DNA of 38,585 nucleotides from Gemmatimonadales bacterium (GTDB taxonomy: Bacteria > Gemmatimonadota > Gemmatimonadetes > Gemmatimonadales > GWC2-71-9). Positions 18,028 to 25,431 of this stretch are shown piece after piece. The translations under genes were made by a program, and so were the position numbers. Position 1 is the first letter of the stretch. Each line of letters begins with the position of its first letter. The stretch spans positions 1 to 38,585 of the forward strand of contig JAICVB010000001.1 in NCBI GenBank assembly GCA_025935545.1, written 5' to 3'. The notes under the pieces are model-generated. The model was given only the letters and a program-made list of their open reading frames with translations. It did not search any database and was not told where the DNA came from.

Positions 18028-18983
18028 TGCGCGACTGGCTCCAGTCCGCGCTCCGGCCCGCCGGCCCCGAGGCCGCGAGCGTGCACGCGCTCTGGGAGTT
18101 CATGCTCTGGACCTCGGTGGTCGTCTTCGTGCTGGTGCTGGGCGCGCTGGCCTGGGGAACCCTCCGCCGCCGGCCGGCCGGCGCGGACCCGCTTGCGGAA
18201 GGCGGGCCCGGCGAGCGGCGGATGACGGGCGCCGTCTCGACCGCGGTCGGCGCGACGGTGGTGGTGCTGTTCGTGTTCCTCGTCTTCGATTTCTCCACCG
18301 GGCGTGCGCTCACCGCGCGCCGCGAGGCGGCGGTGCGGATCGAGGTGACGGGGCACCAGTGGTGGTGGGAAGTCACCTACTACGACTCCATTCCCAACCG
18401 GCGCGTCACGACCGCGAACGAGATCCACATCCCCGTCGGCCGACCCGTCCTCATCCGCCTCAACTCCCAGGACGTGATCCACAGCTTCTGGGCGCCGGAC
18501 CTGAACGGCAAGCGCGACCTCATTCCGGGGAAGGAAAGCAGTCTCTGGATCCAGGCCGACTCGCCCGGTGTGTATCACGGACAGTGCGCGGAGTTCTGCG
18601 GCTACCAGCACGCGAAGATGGCGTTCCTCGTGGTGGCCGACCGGCCCGCCGATTTCGCCCGCTGGTACGCCAGCCAGGCCGACACCGCCCGCACACCGAC
18701 CGATTCCCTCACGGCGCGCGGGCAGGAGGTGTTCCTGAGCTCCCCCTGCGTGATGTGCCACGCGATCCAGGGCACGCCAGCCGGCGCCACGATGGGCCCC
18801 GACCTGACGCACCTGGCCAGCCGCCGCTACATCGCGGCGGGGAGCCTCCCGAACACGCGCGGCAACCTGGCGGGGTGGATCCTCGACGCGCAGGGGATCA
18901 AGCCCGGCGCGCACATGCCGCCCAACAGCCTGACGCCGGCCGACCTCCAGGCCCTTCTCGCCTACCTGGGGACCCTCAAGTGA
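18027..18983 (+). CDS. ctaC: Cytochrome c oxidase subunit II with fused C-terminal cytochrome c domain (caa3-type)
   Basis: Two N-terminal TM helices; CuA site HSFWAPDL...CAEFCGYQHAKM; C-terminal haem c motif CVMCH. Confidence 0.9.
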   Translation: MRDWLQSALRPAGPEAASVHALWEFMLWTSVVVFVLVLGALAWGTLRRRPAGADPLAEGGPGERRMTGAVSTAVGATVVVLFVFLVFDFSTGRALTARREAAVRIEVTGHQWWWEVTYYDSIPNRRVTTANEIHIPVGRPVLIRLNSQDVIHSFWAPDLNGKRDLIPGKESSLWIQADSPGVYHGQCAEFCGYQHAKMAFLVVADRPADFARWYASQADTARTPTDSLTARGQEVFLSSPCVMCHAIQGTPAGATMGPDLTHLASRRYIAAGSLPNTRGNLAGWILDAQGIKPGAHMPPNSLTPADLQALLAYLGTLK

Positions 18984-20923
18984 CCGCGCCGATCACCGCC
19001 GATCCCGAGGCGGTTCCCCCCGAGGCGCGTCCGGCCGTCCGCGAGCTGCACGACCAGCTCGAGCGCGTCTGGAGCGACGGCCCCGGCCTCCGCGGCTGGC
19101 TCATGAGCACCGACCACAAGTCGCTCGGCAAGCGGTACGTCATCACCGCCTTCGTCTTCTTCCTCCTGGGCGGCCTCGAGGCGGCGGTGATCCGGGCCCA
19201 GCTGGCGCGGCCGGAGAACGGACTGATCGGGCCCGACCTCTACAACCAGCTCTTCACCATGCACGGCACGACCATGATGTTCCTCTTCGCGGTGCCGGTG
19301 ATGACCGCGATGAGCCTCTACCTCGTGCCCCTCATGATCGGCTCGCGGGACCTCGCGTTCCCCCGGCTCAATGCCTACGGCTATTACGTCTATCTCCTCG
19401 GCGGGCTCTTCCTCTATACGTCGTTCTTTCTGAACGTGGGGCCCGACGCCGGCTGGTTCGCCTATACCCCGCTCTCGGGCCCCGCGTACGGCGTCGGCAA
19501 GCGGGTGGACGTCTGGGCCCAGACCATCACCTTCACCGAGATCGCCGGAATCATCGCGGCGATCGAGCTGATCGTCACGATCTTCAAGCAGCGGGCACCG
19601 GGGATGTCGCTCAACCGGATGCCGCTCTTCGTCTGGTCGGCACTGGTGATGGCGTTCATGATCCTCTTCGCCATGCCGTGGGTGGCGGTGGACAGCCAGT
19701 TCCTCGCGATGGACCGGCTCATCGGCACCCACTTCTTCAACCAGGCGGAGGGAGGCGACGCGCTCCTCTGGCAGCACCTCTTCTGGTTCTTCGGGCACCC
19801 CGAGGTGTACATCATCTTCATCCCGGCCCTCGGCTTCGTCTCGACGATCATCGCGACCTTCACGCGGCGCGAGATCTTCGGCTACCCCGCCATGGTCCTC
19901 TCGCTCGTGGCGACCGGCTTCCTGGGCTTCGGGCTCTGGGTCCACCACATGTTCGCCACCAACATCCCCCAGATGGGCGAGAGCTTCTTCACCGCCGCGA
20001 GCGCGATGATCGCGATACCGACCGGCGTACAGTTCTTCTGCTGGATCGCCACCATCTGGGGCGGGCGGCCCCGCTTCGCCACCCCCTTCCTCTTCATCCT
20101 CGGCTTCTTCGCCGTCTTCATCATCGGCGGGCTCTCGGGCGTGATGATCGCGTCGGTGCCGTTCGACCTGCAGGTGCACGACACCTTCTTCATCGTGGCG
20201 CACCTGCACTACGTCCTCCTGGGCGGCGGGGTCTTCCCCCTCTTCGCCGCCTTCTACTACTGGTTCCCCAAGTTCACCGGCCGCCGGCTGAGCGAGCGGC
20301 TCGGCAGGTGGAACTTCACCCTCTTCTTCATCGGGGTGAACCTCACCTTCTTCCCGATGCACCTCCTCGGCCTCCACGGGATGCCGCGGCGCGTCTATAC
20401 CTATCTCGCCGGCACCGGCTGGGGGAGCCTTAATCTCCTCGCGACCATCGGCGCCGTCACCATCTTCGTGAGCGTGGTGATCTTCCTCGTGAACGTTGCG
20501 CGGACGCTGGCCAACGGCGAGCTGGCGGGCGACGACCCGTGGGGATCGAGCTCCACCCTCGAGTGGGCCACCAGCTCGCCGCCGCCGTCGTACAACTTTG
20601 CTCACCTTCCCGTGGTCGAGGGGCGCTACCCGCTCTGGAGCCGACCGCAGGAGCCGCCGGTCGTCACCGGGCTCCGCACCGATCAGCGCGAGCTCCTGAT
20701 CACGACGGTGCTCGATGCGCGCCCCGATCACCGCCACCGCACGCCTGATCCCACGATCTGGCCGCTCCTCGCGGCGCTCACCACCGGCATCACCTTCGTC
20801 GCGCTCGTCTTCACGCCCTGGGCCATCGTCATCGGCGGCGCGCTGGCGATCGGGCCCCTGGTCGCGTGGGGCTGGGGCAAGCCCCAGCCGGGCGACCCGG
20901 TCGTCACCGAGGGGGTCGAGTGA
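18980..20923 (+). CDS. ctaD: Haem-copper cytochrome c oxidase subunit I, with about 90-aa C-terminal extension carrying two extra TM helices
   Basis: STDHKSLGKRYV, HGTTMMFLF, WFFGHPEVYI, HHMF, VAHLHYVL conserved ligands. GTG 18980 overlaps the ctaC stop (GTGA). The upstream part of ORF 17933..20923 is out-of-frame overlap with ctaC. Confidence 0.95.
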   Translation: MTAPITADPEAVPPEARPAVRELHDQLERVWSDGPGLRGWLMSTDHKSLGKRYVITAFVFFLLGGLEAAVIRAQLARPENGLIGPDLYNQLFTMHGTTMMFLFAVPVMTAMSLYLVPLMIGSRDLAFPRLNAYGYYVYLLGGLFLYTSFFLNVGPDAGWFAYTPLSGPAYGVGKRVDVWAQTITFTEIAGIIAAIELIVTIFKQRAPGMSLNRMPLFVWSALVMAFMILFAMPWVAVDSQFLAMDRLIGTHFFNQAEGGDALLWQHLFWFFGHPEVYIIFIPALGFVSTIIATFTRREIFGYPAMVLSLVATGFLGFGLWVHHMFATNIPQMGESFFTAASAMIAIPTGVQFFCWIATIWGGRPRFATPFLFILGFFAVFIIGGLSGVMIASVPFDLQVHDTFFIVAHLHYVLLGGGVFPLFAAFYYWFPKFTGRRLSERLGRWNFTLFFIGVNLTFFPMHLLGLHGMPRRVYTYLAGTGWGSLNLLATIGAVTIFVSVVIFLVNVARTLANGELAGDDPWGSSSTLEWATSSPPPSYNFAHLPVVEGRYPLWSRPQEPPVVTGLRTDQRELLITTVLDARPDHRHRTPDPTIWPLLAALTTGITFVALVFTPWAIVIGGALAIGPLVAWGWGKPQPGDPVVTEGVE

Positions 20924-21549
20924 GCGAGCGGGAATCGGTGCGCGTCGCGGGGGAGCCGGGCTCGATCGACGTGTCCGGCCTGCCGTCCACCACCTTCGGC
21001 CACCGGACCATCACCTGGTGGGGCACCATCGGCTTCATGGCGGCCGAGGGAATGACGCTCATCATCTGTGCGGTGGCGTACCTCTACGTGCAGCGGAACT
21101 TCCAGGTCTGGCCGCCGCGGGAGACGCCGCTCCCGTCGCTCACCGCCGCGACGATCCAGGTCCTCCTCATGGCCGTGAGCGTGCCGGTCATGATGTGGAC
21201 CTCGCGGGCCGCCCGCCGCTTCGATCTGGGCGGGGTCCGGGTGGGTATGCTCACCTCCACCGGCTTCGCCCTGGCCTTCTGCGTCGTCCGCTGGTTCGAG
21301 CTGCACGCGCTGCACACCCGCTGGGACTCCAACGCCTATGGCTCGACGGCCTGGGCCGTCGTCTTCGCGCACGCCACGCTGCTGATCGCGCAGTTCTTCG
21401 AGAGCGCCGCGCTGTCGGCGCTGCTCCTCGTCGGGCCGGTCGAGCCCAAGCACTTCTCCGACGTGGACGACAGCTGTCTCTACTGGTACTTCATGACCGG
21501 GGCGTGGCTGGTGCTCTATCTCCTCGTCTTCATCTCGCCCCGGGTGTAG
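20920..21549 (+). CDS. ctaE: Cytochrome c oxidase subunit III family protein (short five-helix form)
   Basis: TM pattern and motifs (TWWGTIGFMAAEG, YWYFMTGAWLVLY) of subunit III. GTGA overlap with ctaD. Confidence 0.8.
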   Translation: MSERESVRVAGEPGSIDVSGLPSTTFGHRTITWWGTIGFMAAEGMTLIICAVAYLYVQRNFQVWPPRETPLPSLTAATIQVLLMAVSVPVMMWTSRAARRFDLGGVRVGMLTSTGFALAFCVVRWFELHALHTRWDSNAYGSTAWAVVFAHATLLIAQFFESAALSALLLVGPVEPKHFSDVDDSCLYWYFMTGAWLVLYLLVFISPRV

Positions 21550-21557
21550 GAGGCTCG

Positions 21558-21944
21558 ATGGCGCTCGACGCGGACAGCGACACCAGCATTCCCGGCGCGC
21601 GGCACATCCTGGCCCAGATGACGGGCATGCTGGTCCCGCCCATCGCGACACTGGCCGGGATGCAGGTGGCCTATGGTCTCGTGGACTCCGCGTGCCGCCA
21701 CGGCGGGCACGACCTCACCGGCGTGCACGTCGTCCGCCTGCTGACCCTCCTCGTGGTGCTCGGTGCGGGGTTCGTGGCATGGCGTGAGTGGCGGTCGGTG
21801 GGGGTGGAGGACCCGGGTGACGGCGGCGGCACCGCCGCCCGCACCCGCTTCACCGGCTGGATCGGCGTCTTCGCCGCGGGCGTCTTCAGTCTCGTAGTGA
21901 TCGCGCAGTGGCTGGCGACCTTCATCCTGGCCCCCTGCCAGTGA
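21558..21944 (+). CDS. Small three-TM membrane protein of the oxidase cluster (function unknown, possibly subunit IV-like)
   Basis: ATG 21558 preceded by GGAGG (21549-21553); three hydrophobic helices. Position between ctaE and ctaG with a GTGA overlap into ctaG. Confidence 0.5.
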   Translation: MALDADSDTSIPGARHILAQMTGMLVPPIATLAGMQVAYGLVDSACRHGGHDLTGVHVVRLLTLLVVLGAGFVAWREWRSVGVEDPGDGGGTAARTRFTGWIGVFAAGVFSLVVIAQWLATFILAPCQ

Positions 21945-23146
21945 GCGAGGCGCTCCTCCCCGGCCAGCTCGCGCGAGCGTGGAGCGCCGATCCCGCCATC
22001 GCGGGTCCGCTCGCGCTCGCGGCCGCGCTCTATGCGCGAGGCACGGTGGTGCTCTGGGCGCGGGCCGGCACGGCGCACGGCCTCCGGCGGCGGGACGTCC
22101 TCGCCTTCGCCGCGGGATGGACCGTGCTGGCCCTCGCCCTCCTCTCCCCGCTCCACGAGCTCAGCGAAACGCTCTTCTCGGCCCACATGGTCCAGCATGA
22201 GCTGCTCATGGCGGTGGCGGCGCCGCTCATCGTCCTGGGCCGGCCGCTCGTGGCATTCCTCTGGAGCATGCCCGCGTCGTGGCGGCGGCGCGCGGCGCGC
22301 GCCGCGGGCTCCGGGCGGCCGGCAGCGGCGTGGCGCGCCCTGGCGCGGCCGTCGGTTGCGTGGCTCGCATACGCGCTCGCGACCTGGGGCTGGCACGCCC
22401 CGCGGCTCTACGATGCCGCGCTCGCGAGCGCGCCCATCCATGCGCTGCAGCACGCGACCTTCCTCGCGACCGCGCTCTTCTTCTGGTGGGCGCTGCTCCA
22501 CGGGGCACGCCACCGCTATGGCGCCGCCGTGCTCTATCTCTTCGCCACCGCGGTCCACACGACCGCGCTCGGCGCCATCCTCGCGCTCTCGGCCCGGCCG
22601 CTCTATCCGGCCTACGCCTCGACCGCCGCGTGGGGACTGTCGCCGCTCGAGGACCAGCAGCTGGCCGGCCTGATCATGTGGGTCCCCGCGTGTCTCGCCT
22701 ATCTCGTGGCCGCGCTCGCGCTCATGCTGGCCTGGATGCGCGAGGGCGACCGGCGGCTCCCGAGGGCTGTCGCCGCCCCCGCATCACTCGCGGCCCTGCT
22801 GCTCGTCGTCCTGCTCGCCGGCTGCGACCGCGAGCCGGCGGAGCGATCCCGCCGCGAGCTGGTGGACGGCAACGCCGAGCGCGGCCGGGAGATCATGCCG
22901 GCCTACGGGTGCAACGCCTGCCACTCGATTCCGGGCGTGCGCGGTACCGATGCGCGGGTCGGCCCGCCGCTCGCGGGGATCGGGAGCCGGAGCTTCATTG
23001 CCGGCGTGCTGCCGAACCAGCCCGACAACATGATCCGCTGGATCCGCGATCCGCAGGCGGTGGACAGCCTGACCGCGAGGCCCAACCTCGGCGTGAGCGC
23101 GCGCGATGCTCGCGACATCGCCGGGTACCTCTATACCCTCCGCTGA
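21941..23146 (+). CDS. ctaG: Cytochrome c oxidase assembly factor CtaG (caa3_CtaG membrane family) fused to a C-terminal cytochrome c domain
   Basis: Polytopic membrane region with HMVQHELLM and ALQHATFL motifs typical of caa3-type CtaG. C-terminal soluble domain with haem motif CNACH and DIAGYLYTL. Confidence 0.75.
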   Translation: MSEALLPGQLARAWSADPAIAGPLALAAALYARGTVVLWARAGTAHGLRRRDVLAFAAGWTVLALALLSPLHELSETLFSAHMVQHELLMAVAAPLIVLGRPLVAFLWSMPASWRRRAARAAGSGRPAAAWRALARPSVAWLAYALATWGWHAPRLYDAALASAPIHALQHATFLATALFFWWALLHGARHRYGAAVLYLFATAVHTTALGAILALSARPLYPAYASTAAWGLSPLEDQQLAGLIMWVPACLAYLVAALALMLAWMREGDRRLPRAVAAPASLAALLLVVLLAGCDREPAERSRRELVDGNAERGREIMPAYGCNACHSIPGVRGTDARVGPPLAGIGSRSFIAGVLPNQPDNMIRWIRDPQAVDSLTARPNLGVSARDARDIAGYLYTLR

Positions 23147-23147
23147 C

Positions 23148-23564
23148 GTGCGTCGCCGAGCGCGGCCCGTCCTCCTGGTCACGGCGCTCGCGCTGGCCGC
23201 GTGCGGCGGCCCGACCCCGGAGAAGGCGGCGCAGGCCCGAGACCGCGCCGCATCCACCGCCACCTCCGCCGGCCTCGTCGCCTCCGCGTGGGACAGCGGC
23301 GCGGCGCCCGGCATCTATGCCTCCGACGCCCTCGCCGGCATGGCGAAGGCACTGGAGAAGGACAGCGCCGCCCCCGTCTGGTCAGCCCTTCCCGGCCCGG
23401 CGCGCGATCCCATCCTCCGCGAGCTCGGCATCCTCCGCGCCACCACGACAGCGCTCGACAGCGCGGTGCGCCGCCGCGATCGGCCCACGCTCGACGCGCT
23501 CCGCGGCTCCCTAGGGGACCACGGCCGCGCGCTCACCGCCGTGGAGATCGATACCGTCCCATGA
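23148..23564 (+). CDS. Hypothetical helical lipoprotein
   Basis: VRRRARPVLLVTALALAACGG lipoprotein-like signal from GTG 23148. No recognisable family. ATGA overlap with the downstream transporter. Confidence 0.45.
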   Translation: MRRRARPVLLVTALALAACGGPTPEKAAQARDRAASTATSAGLVASAWDSGAAPGIYASDALAGMAKALEKDSAAPVWSALPGPARDPILRELGILRATTTALDSAVRRRDRPTLDALRGSLGDHGRALTAVEIDTVP

Positions 23565-24778
23565 GCCGCCTCATCGAGATCGCGCTCGGCATCGTGACGG
23601 GGATCGGCGGCTTCCTCGAAGCCGGCTCCCTCGCCACTGCGGCGCAGGCCGGATCGGAGTTCCGCTACGACCTCATCTGGGCGGTCATCGTCGGCGCCGT
23701 CTGCCTCGCCTTCCTCGTGGAGATGTCGGGCCGCCTCTCCGCCATCAGCAAGCACACCATTCCCGACGCGCTGCGCGAGCGCTTCGGGATCCGCTTCTTC
23801 GCCGTCGCGCTCATCATCATGGAGCTCGTCATGTTCATGGTGATGGCCACCGAGCTCGGCGGCGTCGCGATCGCGCTCGAGTTCGCGAGCGGAGTGAGCT
23901 ACCGCTGGTGGGCGCTGCCGGTGGGGTTCGTCGCCTGGATCCTGCTCTGGAAGGGGACCTTCGGGCTCATCGAGAAGGGTGTGTCGGTGCTCGGGCTCAT
24001 CACGCTGGCCTTCGTGGTGGGAGCGATCCACCTGCACCCGCCCCTGGCCGAGGTGGCCCGCGGCGCGGTGCCCCGGCTGCCGGCGCACGACCACGCGCGC
24101 TACTGGTTCCTCGCGGTCAGCATCCTCGGCGCGTCGATCAGCCCCTACCTCTTCGCGTTCTATTCCGCCGGCGCGGTGGAGGACAAGTGGGACGTCAGCC
24201 ACCTCACCATCAACCGGATCACCGCCGGCTTCGGCATGGGCTTCGGCGGCATCGTGGCGATCGGCGCACTGATCCTGGCGGCCATCATCCTCCATCCGCT
24301 GGACGTCCAGGTGGACAGCTTCGCGCAGCTGCCGCTCCTCCTCACCGGCGCGTTCGGGCGGGTGGGGTTCGCGCTGTTCGTGTGCTCGCTCGCCATCGCC
24401 TGCTTCGGCGCCGCGCAGGAGATCGCCCTCACCGCGGCCTACATGCTCGCGCAGGGACTCGGCTGGCGCTGGAGCGAGAACCTCCCGCCCGCCGAGGATG
24501 CGCGGTTCAGCCTGGCGTACACGATCCTCATTCCGCTCGCCGCGGTTCCCGCGGCCGCGGGCGTTGACATCCTCAAGCTCACCAACATCTCGATGGTGCT
24601 GAGCGCGGCCTCGCTTCCGGTGATCGTGGCACCGCTCCTCATCCTGATGAACGATCGCCGCTACGTGCGCGACTACGGCAACGGCTGGTTCAGCAACACC
24701 GTCGTCGCCCTCATCACGGCGCTCGCGTTCGTCCTCGCGGTGGTGTCCTTCCCGCTCCTCATCAAGGGAGGCGGCTGA
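23561..24778 (+). CDS. Nramp-family-like cation transporter with non-canonical metal-binding residues
   Basis: Aligns by eye to MntH/Nramp TM1 (GGFLEAGSLATAAQAGSEFRYDLIWAVI versus the xxMDPGNFATNxxAGxxFGYxLLWVI pattern) and TM6 (GASISPYLFAFYSAG versus the GATVMPHxxYLHSA pattern). About 11 TM segments. Confidence 0.8.
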   Translation: MSRLIEIALGIVTGIGGFLEAGSLATAAQAGSEFRYDLIWAVIVGAVCLAFLVEMSGRLSAISKHTIPDALRERFGIRFFAVALIIMELVMFMVMATELGGVAIALEFASGVSYRWWALPVGFVAWILLWKGTFGLIEKGVSVLGLITLAFVVGAIHLHPPLAEVARGAVPRLPAHDHARYWFLAVSILGASISPYLFAFYSAGAVEDKWDVSHLTINRITAGFGMGFGGIVAIGALILAAIILHPLDVQVDSFAQLPLLLTGAFGRVGFALFVCSLAIACFGAAQEIALTAAYMLAQGLGWRWSENLPPAEDARFSLAYTILIPLAAVPAAAGVDILKLTNISMVLSAASLPVIVAPLLILMNDRRYVRDYGNGWFSNTVVALITALAFVLAVVSFPLLIKGGG

Positions 24779-24780
24779 GA

Positions 24781-25143
24781 ATGCTCCTGGTGCACGACGT
24801 GCTCGACAAGCAGCTGACCGACCGTCACGGCGTCCGCATGGGAAAGGCGGACGGGCTCGTGATGCTGCAGGAGGGCGACGGCCCCCCGCGTGTCGTCTCC
24901 ATCGAGGTCGGCTCCCTCACGCTGGCGCGGCGGCTCGGGCGCCGCCTGGGCCGGTGGGCCACGGCGCTGGCGCGCCGCTGGGGCGGGAAGCACACCGAGT
25001 CGTACCGCATCCCGTGGACGCTGGTCCGGGGAATCACCCTGGAGATCGCGGTGGATGTGGACGCGGAAGCGACGCGGGTGAACGTGGTGGAGGACTGGCT
25101 CCGCGTGCACGTGGTGGAGCACCTCCCGGGCGGCCGGCCGTGA
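24781..25143 (+). CDS. PRC-barrel domain protein
   Basis: N-terminal VHDVLDKQLTDRHGVRMGKADGLVM...PRVVSIEVG pattern typical of PRC barrels. Starts 2 nt after the transporter stop. Confidence 0.55.
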   Translation: MLLVHDVLDKQLTDRHGVRMGKADGLVMLQEGDGPPRVVSIEVGSLTLARRLGRRLGRWATALARRWGGKHTESYRIPWTLVRGITLEIAVDVDAEATRVNVVEDWLRVHVVEHLPGGRP

Positions 25144-25427
25144 CCACCGGCGAGGTGCATCTCGAGCTGCTGCTCGGCCGCCTCGTCCGCGACAGCGATG
25201 GCCGGCCCGTGGGCCGGATCGAGGAAATCGAGGCCGAGCGGGTGGACCTGCTGTGCCTGGTGAAGGAATTCCATCTGGGGCCGCACGCCTTGGGGGAGCG
25301 GCTGGCGGTGCCGGTGCTCCACGCCTTCGGCCGCGCGCGGAAGCCCCTCCGCGTGCCGTGGGACCTGCTCGACTTCTCGGATCCTGCGCACCCGCGCCTC
25401 ACCTGTCCGCGGGACCGGATCCGCTAG
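25140..25427 (+). CDS. PRC-barrel-like small protein (second copy)
   Basis: LLLGRLVRDSDGRPVGRIEEIEAE... resembles a PRC-barrel core. GTG 25140 overlaps the upstream stop (GTGA). Confidence 0.45.
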   Translation: MTTGEVHLELLLGRLVRDSDGRPVGRIEEIEAERVDLLCLVKEFHLGPHALGERLAVPVLHAFGRARKPLRVPWDLLDFSDPAHPRLTCPRDRIR

Positions 25428-25431
25428 CGGC

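Noticed and set aside
17933-18979. N-terminal 349 codons of the 996-aa ORF 17933-20923, an apparent giant fusion
   Set aside because: This part is an alternative frame over ctaC and has no oxidase features. Subunit I homology begins right after GTG 18980, which overlaps the ctaC stop. The same logic applies to the long upstream extensions of ORFs 2338, 4096, 10231, 16852, 20715 and 23201.
18962-20737. 591-aa minus-strand ORF antisense to ctaD, plus several overlapping plus-strand alternative-frame ORFs
   Set aside because: ctaD carries all conserved haem and copper ligands. The antisense product is a charged, Arg/Glu/Gly/Pro-rich sequence with no membrane character.
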